NCBI GenBank assembly: GCA_965230975.1
Contig: OZ246402.1
Span: forward strand, 229,771 to 293,770
DNA: 64,000 nucleotides
Source of the DNA: an uncultured Candidatus Saccharibacteria bacterium
GTDB taxonomy: Bacteria; Patescibacteriota; Dojkabacteria; J137
Direction of reading: 5' to 3'
The position numbers and the translations under genes were made by a program. The notes under the pieces were generated by a model. That model ran no database searches and was not told the origin of the DNA. It worked only from the letters and a program-made list of their open reading frames with translations. This document shows positions 47,165 to 55,829 of this stretch, one piece after another; the stretch's first letter is position 1; each line of letters begins with the position of its first letter.

Positions 47165-47250
47165 GTGAGCCAATTTTTCAAATTGTGGGCTAAATTGAAA
47201 TTTCTTAATTATAAAATTTCAATTTGTAAGATTTTTGTAAGAAATTTGGA
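47165..47250 (+). promoter_or_regulatory. Recurrent two-part upstream element ahead of the yraN-like gene.
   Basis: The plus strand reads GCCAATTTTTCAAATTGTGGGC, then about 22 nt (TAAATTGAAATTTC...), then AAAATTTCAATTTGTAAGATTTTTGTAAGAAATTTGG. The spacing and sequence match the elements upstream of recA and phd-vapC. Confidence 0.5.
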
Positions 47251-47262
47251 ATAATATTAAGA

Positions 47263-47616
47263 GTGAATACAATTATTAAAGGCAGTTACTTTGAAATGAT
47301 AGCTGCAAATTATTTAAGAAGATATAACTACATATTACTTGATCATAACTTTCATTCTAAATTTGGAGAGCTAGATTTAGTAATGTTATTAAATAATGAA
47401 TATATTTTTATAGAAGTAAAAAGCTTGAATATTAATAGTGAATACTCTATATATCAAAGTTTCTCAAAACAAAAATATAATAGAGTAAACAAAACAGCGC
47501 AATACTGGTTAAGAAAACATAATTTGGAAAATAGTATTTATAGAATTGAATTTATAGGTATAATAAGCTATTTAGATAAATATTATTTAGAACATTTTAA
47601 ATATATAGACTTTTAA
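47263..47616 (+). CDS. UPF0102/YraN-family endonuclease. The annotated start is GTG; the true start is possibly at MIAANYL.
   Basis: YLRRYNYILLDHNFHSKFGELDLVMLLNNEYIFIEVKS matches the YraN motif (GEiDli.......vFVEVK). Confidence 0.7.
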   Translation: MNTIIKGSYFEMIAANYLRRYNYILLDHNFHSKFGELDLVMLLNNEYIFIEVKSLNINSEYSIYQSFSKQKYNRVNKTAQYWLRKHNLENSIYRIEFIGIISYLDKYYLEHFKYIDF

Positions 47617-49851
47617 ATGAATAAATCAATCCAATTTTACGGGCCATTTTTTTCCAACTATAGCTATGCAAGAATTAGCAGGGGTTTAGCTTTTGGCATA
47701 AATAATCTAAATACTAATTACACAGCTTACTTTTCTGCTAATCCAGAAACAGTGGACTATTATCCATCCGAAAAAGATTTGGCAACTAAACCAGATATTA
47801 AAAATTTATTCAAGCCATATGGCTTTGAAAGCGATGTTGTAATTTATAATAACTATCCTAAAACAATAACCTCTTTAAATGGCTTAGATCAGTTGCCCGG
47901 TAAATTAAAGCTTATGTTTTTATCTTGGGAAGAAAGTACTTACCCAAAAGAGTGGGTAAATGAAATTAATGCAAATTTGCACGGCGTATTGGCTATAACT
48001 CAGTTTGTGAAAAATGTGCTTATAAAGTCAGGCGTTAAAGTTCCTATACAAGTTATTCCATTGGGGGTTAATCAGGATTGGTTCAAAAACACCCAAGCTA
48101 CTTACAAATTAAAAACAAGAAAGCAGATTAAATTCTATCATAATAGTACCGGAAAAAAACGCAAGGGGGTAGACCTGCTTATAAAGGCATACTTTGAATT
48201 GTTTACAAATCAAGATGACGTTTGTTTAGTTATAAAAACAACTCCACAAGTCGAAAACCAATTCCTACAATTAATTGACCAATATAAAAGTAAAACATCT
48301 CCAGAAATCGAATTAATAGTTAATGACCTTTCAGATGAAGAGATGGCAAGCCTTCAATCCCAAGTAAGCGCAAGTATATATCCGTCACGTGCTGAAGGGT
48401 TTGGAATCCCAGCTTTAGAGTCAATGCTTTTAGAAAAACCTGTAATTGTTACAAATTATGGTGGTTTCACAGACTTTTGTGATAACAATAATTCGTATTT
48501 AATTAATTGTAATGTTCAAAACATCGACCCAGCAGAAATACTTACTCCAGGTGCAAAGTGGGCAGAGCCGGATTTTGATCATTTAAAAACTTTAATTAAA
48601 AAAGTTTATAAAGCACTTACTAAAAAAGATTCTGTTGAGGGCAAAGAGCTTTTGAGTATTGTAGAAAACGGTAAAAAAACCGCGACTAATTTCAACTGGG
48701 ATAGTAGTGCCGATTTAGCTATAAAATTCATTAATCAAATATCTTCTTTACAAACCTTTAAAACCAAAAACTTTGGGGTTCTATCTTTCTTTAATGACGA
48801 AACTGGAATCGCCGATTACACCGAGGATCTATATAAATCAGTAGAATCATCTTTTAAAAAGTTCTACTATCTTTCTAATTCTGATTTGGCAGATAGAACA
48901 GCAAAAGATGCGTCTAATGTTATTAGGTGTTGGACAACAGGTGAATCAACTTTTGAACAGCTAATATCTTTTGTAAAAAAAGAAAAGCTAGATATAGTTC
49001 ATGTTCAGTATCATTCTGGATCAATGTTCCCCATAAAATCACTTGATTTACTTATAGAAAAACTTAAAGAGTTGAATATAGAATCATATTTGACTTTTCA
49101 TGCAGTAAGAGGTCCATCCTTTGATTTTATAAAAGAATCAAAAAACTTACTCAAATGGAACAAAATATTTATACATAATAAATCCGACTTTGAATATGCA
49201 AAAGAAAGTTTAAATAATGCTATAAGGCTACCTTTACCAACTGTAGTATTTAATAAAAGAAACAAGTTGAAACTTAAAAAAGAATTAGGTCTAGAAAATT
49301 ACCAATACATTTTTGCAACGCATGGATTACTGAATAAACACAAAAATATACCCCAAGTTATTAAGGCAATAAGCAATATTCTTAAAGACTATCCAAACAC
49401 CTTGTTTTTAGGATTAAACGCTGTAAGTGCCAATAATATTTATGCACAAAGTGAATATCAGGAATGTGTTGACCTTATTTCAACACTAAAAATGGAGACA
49501 AATGCATTTTTAATTACAAAGTTTTTAAGCGATGCAGAAATTGAAATTTTAATGCAAACTGTAGATGCTACAATCTTTGCTTATAATGACGTAGGTGAAT
49601 CTGCAAGTGCTTCAATAAACAAATCTTTAGCCAGTGGAGGGGTTACTATAGTAACAAATATAAACATGTTTATAGAATTTGATAAAGAAGTTTTAAGAAT
49701 TTCACAACCAAATGCAATTGAAATTGAAAAATCTTTAAGATTAGTAATAGAAGATGAGAATACTAAAGTTAAATTGCTAAAAGCTGCTGATGAGTATGTT
49801 AAAAACAATACATACGATAAAAGAGTAGTAGAAATGTTAAATATGTACTGA
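47617..49851 (+). CDS. Two-domain (tandem GT4) glycosyltransferase, 744 aa.
   Basis: The first GT4 module carries SRAEGFGIPALESMLLEKPVIVTNYGGFTDF. A second, degenerate GT-B module lies at about residues 400-744 (ESASASINKSLASGGVTIVTNINMF). This tandem GT4 architecture is shared with chain-extending mannosyltransferases such as WbdA. Confidence 0.65.
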   Translation: MNKSIQFYGPFFSNYSYARISRGLAFGINNLNTNYTAYFSANPETVDYYPSEKDLATKPDIKNLFKPYGFESDVVIYNNYPKTITSLNGLDQLPGKLKLMFLSWEESTYPKEWVNEINANLHGVLAITQFVKNVLIKSGVKVPIQVIPLGVNQDWFKNTQATYKLKTRKQIKFYHNSTGKKRKGVDLLIKAYFELFTNQDDVCLVIKTTPQVENQFLQLIDQYKSKTSPEIELIVNDLSDEEMASLQSQVSASIYPSRAEGFGIPALESMLLEKPVIVTNYGGFTDFCDNNNSYLINCNVQNIDPAEILTPGAKWAEPDFDHLKTLIKKVYKALTKKDSVEGKELLSIVENGKKTATNFNWDSSADLAIKFINQISSLQTFKTKNFGVLSFFNDETGIADYTEDLYKSVESSFKKFYYLSNSDLADRTAKDASNVIRCWTTGESTFEQLISFVKKEKLDIVHVQYHSGSMFPIKSLDLLIEKLKELNIESYLTFHAVRGPSFDFIKESKNLLKWNKIFIHNKSDFEYAKESLNNAIRLPLPTVVFNKRNKLKLKKELGLENYQYIFATHGLLNKHKNIPQVIKAISNILKDYPNTLFLGLNAVSANNIYAQSEYQECVDLISTLKMETNAFLITKFLSDAEIEILMQTVDATIFAYNDVGESASASINKSLASGGVTIVTNINMFIEFDKEVLRISQPNAIEIEKSLRLVIEDENTKVKLLKAADEYVKNNTYDKRVVEMLNMY

Positions 49852-50009
49852 TATTACAATAAATTTATGTGATATAACCCAGTTCATATATTGTTAGTAA
49901 TTTACAATGTCAACCTATTCTCCCCTAGAAATTGAACCTACAGATCATGGTTTACCAGAGCTAGGTAAAGACAAAGTTGCCCAGTTACAATCTACTCTTG
50001 AATTCTACC

Positions 50010-50552
50010 TTAATCTATTTCAATTATCACAGAGGTAAACTCTGCATCATCTATTTCTCCAGGTACCACTTGTAAGGCCAAGTCTTTCCCGCTTTTGTGA
50101 GCTTGTAAAAGAAACGTTTCGCTTAAGGAACCTTGCGTAGCTAAAATTTCCCACCCAGATGCAGGTAAATCTTTTTTATATAAATTAAATACCTCATCTG
50201 CAGGTTGTCCTGATTCATATCTTACTCCCATAACTCCATCATAGTTGTAGGTTGATATTTGACCGTGATCATAAATTTTTATTTCAGAAGGGAATTCTGA
50301 ACTAAGCTCTCCATAAGTATATTTGTCAGAACTTAGTGATTCTGGTTTGTAACTATTATCTTCTGTAATAATTGGTTTGTTTGGTGAAAGTAACTGTTCA
50401 AGATTTGTATATCGCAAAGCTATTATAAGCAAAATTACGGATATAATAATAAACCCAATTACAACACCTATTAAAATATTTAGTGGTCTTATTTGGGTCT
50501 TTCTAGGAAATAAATTGTCTTTAGCAGGTAAAGCTGAAGAGGTATTAGTCAT
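50010..50552 (-). CDS. Hypothetical membrane-anchored extracytoplasmic protein.
   Basis: Single N-terminal transmembrane helix (LNILIGVVIGFIIISVILLIIAL). No recognisable motif. Confidence 0.35.
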   Translation of the reverse strand: MTNTSSALPAKDNLFPRKTQIRPLNILIGVVIGFIIISVILLIIALRYTNLEQLLSPNKPIITEDNSYKPESLSSDKYTYGELSSEFPSEIKIYDHGQISTYNYDGVMGVRYESGQPADEVFNLYKKDLPASGWEILATQGSLSETFLLQAHKSGKDLALQVVPGEIDDAEFTSVIIEID

Positions 50553-50711
50553 AATTTACATTAATAAAGGATACAATAATATACTACTATTCTTTTGAAG
50601 TACATTTCAACTGAATAATGAACAACTATACATTATATATTATGAGACTTGTAAAATTCTCTATTTTAGATCATACTTTTAAAACTCACTTAAATATTAA
50701 TAAAATCTAAC

Positions 50712-51980
50712 ATGACAAAAGACTCCAAACAATTAAGGTCTTATTTTCACGGTATAGAGCCTCGAAGCTTTATTAAGTTGCTAGCCGTAGTTTTGTTTTT
50801 AGCAATAATTATAACTTTGGCTGTATTAGGTTTTTCATCAGGTTCTAACTCGCTAATTTTAAATCAAATTTCAGGACTAATTTCATCTGGAATAAGTTCA
50901 GTAGAGGCAGAGTCTGGCAGTGTGTCAAACGGGGCTACTATAGTTTCGGATACTTCTGCTTCTGGGGGTAAGTACATCCAATTTGGTTCTACAGCTACTA
51001 CCACAACACCAACTGTAGGTTTTCAACCTTCAGCTCCATATTACGGGTCTTTTTACTACATGTGGTATAAAAACGATTCTGTAGATGGGGCATGGAGTTA
51101 TTGGACAGACAGCTCTAATAACCCTCCTAAGACATGGTTTTCTCATTATATTCCAGATTTTAAACCTGGAGAGTTTACACCTGCCTCAGAGTTGTATAGC
51201 TCTCATTCTTACGATACATTCAAATGGCAAGTATCAAAAATGGCAGAGTCTAAAATGGAATTCGCGATTGCATCTTGGTGGGGAGAAAATAGAAAAGAGG
51301 ATCAAGCTTTTGATAAGATTATCAATGATTTTATGAAAAGAAGCGATAATCCTTATCCTAACTTAAGATGGGCTATTTATTACGAGAATGAAGGCTTTGC
51401 AGATGATTCAACTGCTACTATTGTAAGCAAATTGCAATATTTAAAAAAATATACAGCAAGTAATTACTTCTTAAAAGTAGGTGGTAAACCGGTTATTTTT
51501 GTTTATGCTGGAGCAAATGATGTCCCAGGCACCATGACAAAGAGATGGTACGATGCTAATTCACAGCTAAACAACGAATTTTATATAGTACTAAAAGTAT
51601 TCCCAGGTTATGCAAATGATTCATATCAGCCAGCTTCATGGCATCAATATGCACCAGCTGTAAGATATGGAGTCCACGCACCATATTCTGCATTTGTAAG
51701 TCCAGGATTTTGGCTAGATGACGGATCTGCAGAAAGATTAGAAAGAAATTCTACAGATTTTGAAACAGCTGTTAGAAATATGGTTTCTGTAAGTGCTACA
51801 TGGAAACTTGTAGAGACTTGGAATGAATGGGGTGAGGGAACTTCTGTTGAACCAGGTCAAAGAGTTAAAACTGTAAATGGCAATGAGGTGATAGATGAAA
51901 CAGCTCCTCAATTTGGTAATCTATATATAGATATATTAAATAGACAACTTCCAGCTTTAGAATCGGGCACTGGAAGGTAA
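50712..51980 (+). CDS. Membrane-anchored glycoside hydrolase family 99-like protein (endo-alpha-mannosidase-like fold).
   Basis: An N-terminal transmembrane anchor is followed by FYYMWYKNDSVDGAWSYWTD (GH99 hAFYYaWYGnP.fDG.y.HW), IASWWGE (LALSWYPP region) and the C-terminal TWNEWGEGTSVEP (GH99 SFNEWHEGTQIE). Confidence 0.5.
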   Translation: MTKDSKQLRSYFHGIEPRSFIKLLAVVLFLAIIITLAVLGFSSGSNSLILNQISGLISSGISSVEAESGSVSNGATIVSDTSASGGKYIQFGSTATTTTPTVGFQPSAPYYGSFYYMWYKNDSVDGAWSYWTDSSNNPPKTWFSHYIPDFKPGEFTPASELYSSHSYDTFKWQVSKMAESKMEFAIASWWGENRKEDQAFDKIINDFMKRSDNPYPNLRWAIYYENEGFADDSTATIVSKLQYLKKYTASNYFLKVGGKPVIFVYAGANDVPGTMTKRWYDANSQLNNEFYIVLKVFPGYANDSYQPASWHQYAPAVRYGVHAPYSAFVSPGFWLDDGSAERLERNSTDFETAVRNMVSVSATWKLVETWNEWGEGTSVEPGQRVKTVNGNEVIDETAPQFGNLYIDILNRQLPALESGTGR

Positions 51981-52006
51981 TTATTAATTAATATTATTTA
52001 AAACCT

Positions 52007-54037
52007 ATGTCAAAAATTAAACTATTAAGCATACTGATATCACTTAGTCTATTTTTGGGATTAGCTATCAATGTAAAGGCTCAAGAAGCTCCTATTATAT
52101 TTACTGCTGGTGGTGATATGGGCGATCCATCTAGAACTGAGCCAAAATTAGCTTACCAACAACTTGCTTCAATTAAACCAAGCTTCTTTTTAGCTCTTGG
52201 AGATATGAGTTATGAAAATCCAGGCATGGAACAATCTTGGTGTAATCAAGTTAAGAGCTATTTAGGAAGTGCGAAACTTCAATTAGTAATGGGTAATCAT
52301 GAAGACCAAAGTAAGGTAGATGGTTTTATAGGAGATTATGTTAAATATTGCACAGATAGAATGCCAAATATGGTTGGTACATACGGTGCGGAGTACTATT
52401 TTGATTATCCTGAAACATCACCACTAATGAGGGTTATAATGGTTGGAGCGGCCAATGATTGGGATGTTAATAATAATGGTAGTTTAGAATCAAACGAATA
52501 TTTTGATTATAACACTTCTACTGTTGCATCTAGAGCTCATTTATCATGGTTAGACAATGCAATAGATACTGCAAGAAGTTCTGGTATTAAATGGGTTATT
52601 GTTGGAATGCATAAAAACTGCATTACACTAGGCCAAAAGAGTTGTGAAATTGGTACAGAACTCACTAATCATTTGATTGCAAAAAACGTAGATATTGTAC
52701 TTCAAGGTCATGATCATACTTATCAAAGAACAAAACAATTAGGTTTTAGTTCTAGTTGTAATGGAATTGCAACGGTAAATGCAAACACAAATTGTATTGT
52801 AGATGAAGGGGTAAATAATACTTTTACGAAGGGTAAAGGTACAATAATTGCTATTGCAGGCAATTTTGGAGGATCAAGCTACTATAATGTGAGTGCCACA
52901 GATTCTGAAAAACCATATTTTTTAAAAGCTATGGGTGGTAATGCTTGGTACGATTTTGCAGCAGGGACAACTGGAAGTGATGTTACAAGAGGTTTCTTAA
53001 AATTCACTTTAACTAAAGATACATTGCAGGCAGAATTTGTTAAGACTTCTAAGCCTACAAGCACCTTTTCAGATTCTTTCAAAATTGTAGCAGCTACAAC
53101 AACACCAGATCCAACTCCTACGCCTGACCCAACCCCGACTCCAACGCCTACGCCAACTTGTTCTGAAATAGCACCAACAACTACAGGAAAAGTTACAACA
53201 AGTATAGAAGTTGGAACTGATTCAAACTATAAGTTGTGGACAAGAGTTAACTCAGCAGTTGCCACAGATTATTTATGGGTAAGTGTAGATGGAGGTTGCC
53301 CAAGCAAATTAGGCGGGACTTTAACCCCAAATACATGGACTTGGTCTAGCACTAATCTTTCTGGTACCCCGTTAACCTATAGTTTAACTAAAGGAACTCA
53401 TAATTTAACTTATATAGCTCAAAGCCAAACATCTATAAAATTGGATATTTCGCTTATGTTATCGAATACATGTGTTCCACAAGGGACTGGCACTAATTGT
53501 ACAAAACTAGAAGTACCTACACCTGATCCAACACCGACCCCAACGCCCACTCCTACACCAACGCCAATAGCTACAACAAATAACTTTGCACCTATCGAAG
53601 ATTCTCATGTTAGAGGCGATAAGGAGTCGTCAAATTATGGTAAATCAAATACTTTAGAGGTAGATGGTAGTCCAAAAAAGTACGTCTATATGAAGTTTGA
53701 CTTAAGAAGTTTGGCCGGTAAGACATTTGTAAGTGCAAAACTCAACCTGGCCGTAGTAGACTCATCTTCAAGTAGTCAAACCGTGTATATTGTTACAGAT
53801 GACAGCTGGACAGAAACAGGTTTGACATATAAAAATAGACCTGATTTTGGTACGAGCATAGCTACACTTAAAGGTGGAAAACAAGGCTCTACAATAGAAA
53901 TTAGTCTTGCTTCTGCATTGCAAAGCGAATTTGGAGACTTTGTAACAATTGCTATTGCTTCTAATCAATCAGATGGTTTAGATTTCAGCTCTAGGGAAGG
54001 TGCAAATGCTCCAAAATTAATTGTTGAATCAAAGTAA
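52007..54037 (+). CDS. Secreted multidomain protein: a calcineurin-like metallophosphatase (purple-acid-phosphatase-like), two Pro-Thr linkers, a central beta domain and a C-terminal DNRLRE/CBM96-like domain.
   Basis: It has a signal peptide. Metallophosphoesterase motifs are GDMGD, GDMSYEN, MGNHED and GHDHTYQR. (TPDP/TPTP)n linkers sit at 53101-53160 and 53521-53570. The C-terminal VYMKFDL....VSAKLNLAVVD....VYIVTDDSWTETGLTYKNRP matches the DNRLRE-domain W.E..lTwnNrP signature. Confidence 0.6.
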   Translation: MSKIKLLSILISLSLFLGLAINVKAQEAPIIFTAGGDMGDPSRTEPKLAYQQLASIKPSFFLALGDMSYENPGMEQSWCNQVKSYLGSAKLQLVMGNHEDQSKVDGFIGDYVKYCTDRMPNMVGTYGAEYYFDYPETSPLMRVIMVGAANDWDVNNNGSLESNEYFDYNTSTVASRAHLSWLDNAIDTARSSGIKWVIVGMHKNCITLGQKSCEIGTELTNHLIAKNVDIVLQGHDHTYQRTKQLGFSSSCNGIATVNANTNCIVDEGVNNTFTKGKGTIIAIAGNFGGSSYYNVSATDSEKPYFLKAMGGNAWYDFAAGTTGSDVTRGFLKFTLTKDTLQAEFVKTSKPTSTFSDSFKIVAATTTPDPTPTPDPTPTPTPTPTCSEIAPTTTGKVTTSIEVGTDSNYKLWTRVNSAVATDYLWVSVDGGCPSKLGGTLTPNTWTWSSTNLSGTPLTYSLTKGTHNLTYIAQSQTSIKLDISLMLSNTCVPQGTGTNCTKLEVPTPDPTPTPTPTPTPTPIATTNNFAPIEDSHVRGDKESSNYGKSNTLEVDGSPKKYVYMKFDLRSLAGKTFVSAKLNLAVVDSSSSSQTVYIVTDDSWTETGLTYKNRPDFGTSIATLKGGKQGSTIEISLASALQSEFGDFVTIAIASNQSDGLDFSSREGANAPKLIVESK

Positions 54038-54052
54038 ATTAAGGGTTTAATC

Positions 54053-54090
54053 AAGGCCGAGACAATAGTCTCGGCCTTATCTTATTTACA
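54053..54090 (+). terminator. Intrinsic terminator after the phosphatase-CBM gene.
   Basis: AAGGCCGAGAC-AATA-GTCTCGGCCTT is a perfect 11-bp GC-rich stem in an AT-rich genome, followed by a T-rich tract (ATCTTATTT). Confidence 0.7.
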
Positions 54091-54238
54091 AACTGTATTG
54101 ATTTGAATGTCTTGAATCTACATGTATGCACTCATCTGTGTTAAAATCACATGTCGCAAAGTTACTTTAGATTTGCTTTAAATATAGTTTAAAACTTATT
54201 AAGGTAACAATAATTAAATATAAAAACAAACTATAATA

Positions 54239-55810
54239 ATGCCAAAAAACGCAAAATCAGAACAAAAAGGAATTAGAACACCAGTTGTAGCAGTAATGGG
54301 TCATGTAGACCACGGTAAAACATCACTTTTAGATGCTATTAGAGGCACAAAAGTTGCAGATAAAGAAGCAGGTGGGATTACTCAAAATACTAGAGCTCAC
54401 GAAGTAGTTACAGATTCTGGTTTTAGAGTTACATTTATAGATACACCGGGCCACGAGGCTTTCTCAAACATGAGACTTAGAGGTTCTAGGGTTACAGATT
54501 TTGTTTTATTAGTTGTAGCTGCTGATGATGGTGTTCAGCCTCAAACAAAAGAATCTATTGAGTTTGCCAAAAAAGCAGGAGTGCCAATTATTGTGGCATT
54601 AAATAAAATTGATATAAAAGGTATTAATACTCAAAAAATTAAAACAGAGCTTTCTAGTTTTGGTGTTATGGTAGAAGAATACGGAGGAGATGCATTGTTA
54701 TTTGAAGTTTCTGCAAAAGAAAAAAAAGGTTTAAAAGAATTGTTAGATGGTATTCAGTTACTTTCAGAAATTAACGAATTAAAATCTAAAGAACCAAGAG
54801 TTGGAACTCAAGCAGAAGCTTTTGTTTTAGAATCTAATTTAGATAAATTTGTTGGTAATGTAGCACTTACAATTTTGAAAGCTGGCAAATTAACAGAAAG
54901 GTCTTTTGGTGTTACCAAAGATTTTACTTTCAAAGTAAGAGCATATTTAGACCATAATCAAAAGCCAATCAATAGTGTTTTAGAATCTCAACCTTTTTGG
55001 GTCACAGGTTTAAAACATACAGTTTCTACTGGTTCTACAATTTATTTTGTAGAAGATGAGGTTAAGGCTTTAGAACTTCAAAAGCAATTAGCCGTTGAAG
55101 CAGAAAAGAGTGTTGAAGTACCACCAGAGATTGAGGGTTTAGATCCAGAATCTTTATTTGCACAATTATTAATTCAGAAAGAGGAAATTAAACAAGGTAT
55201 ACAACAAAAAGAGTTAAATGTGATTGTAAAGTCATCTACCGAAGGTACTTTAGAAGCTATTTTAGAAAAGTTAAAAACTATTTCTAATGACGAAGCTAAA
55301 GTAAGAATTTTGGCAAGTGGTACAGGTAATGTTACAGAAGATGAGATTTCTAGAGCAAAATTGGCAAAAGCTATTGTTGTTACTTTCCAATTGCCTCCTA
55401 CTTCAAAAATTGAAGGAATTGCAAGAACTGAAAGAGTTTTGGTTAGAAACTACGAGGTTGTTTATGAGTTGTTTGATGAGGTTCAAGAGGTTTTAGATAG
55501 TATGGGTACTCCAATTGAAGAGGAGTTAGAAGTTTCTGCTTTAAGAATCAAACAGGTGTTTACTTTATCTAATGGAGATTTTGTTTTTGGTGGAGAGGTT
55601 GTTAGAGGTACTATTTTGAAAGGTTACAGAGTTAAGATTATGAGAGGTGAGACTGAAATTGGTAGAGGTAAAATCTCTTCTTTGAAAATTAGAAAAGACG
55701 AAGTTAAAGAGGTTAAAAAAGGTTTAGAATGCGGAATTATTTTAGATACTAAAGTTGAAGGGGTACAGGAAGGTGACGAAGTAGTAGCGTTTAGAGTAGA
55801 GGTGTATTGA
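54239..55810 (+). CDS. infB: Translation initiation factor IF-2, a minimal form beginning at the G domain.
   Basis: GIRTPVVAVMGHVDHGKTSLLD (G1), DTPGHEAF (G3) and NKID (G4), followed by a beta-barrel domain II and C1/C2 domains. At 523 aa there is no N-terminal extension. Confidence 0.85.
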   Translation: MPKNAKSEQKGIRTPVVAVMGHVDHGKTSLLDAIRGTKVADKEAGGITQNTRAHEVVTDSGFRVTFIDTPGHEAFSNMRLRGSRVTDFVLLVVAADDGVQPQTKESIEFAKKAGVPIIVALNKIDIKGINTQKIKTELSSFGVMVEEYGGDALLFEVSAKEKKGLKELLDGIQLLSEINELKSKEPRVGTQAEAFVLESNLDKFVGNVALTILKAGKLTERSFGVTKDFTFKVRAYLDHNQKPINSVLESQPFWVTGLKHTVSTGSTIYFVEDEVKALELQKQLAVEAEKSVEVPPEIEGLDPESLFAQLLIQKEEIKQGIQQKELNVIVKSSTEGTLEAILEKLKTISNDEAKVRILASGTGNVTEDEISRAKLAKAIVVTFQLPPTSKIEGIARTERVLVRNYEVVYELFDEVQEVLDSMGTPIEEELEVSALRIKQVFTLSNGDFVFGGEVVRGTILKGYRVKIMRGETEIGRGKISSLKIRKDEVKEVKKGLECGIILDTKVEGVQEGDEVVAFRVEVY

Positions 55811-55829
55811 GTTTACTACCATTAATACA

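Noticed and set aside
49915-49995. Possible tRNA with a GGTTCAATT T-loop-like string on the minus strand.
   Set aside because: No complementary acceptor or T stems could be formed and no D-arm or anticodon-arm structure was found. It is not a tRNA.
53101-53570. Short tandem repeats CCAACTCCTACGCCTGACCCAACCCCG and similar, a possible repeat array.
   Set aside because: They are in-frame Pro-Thr linker codons inside a single long ORF. This is low-complexity coding sequence, not CRISPR or non-coding repeats.
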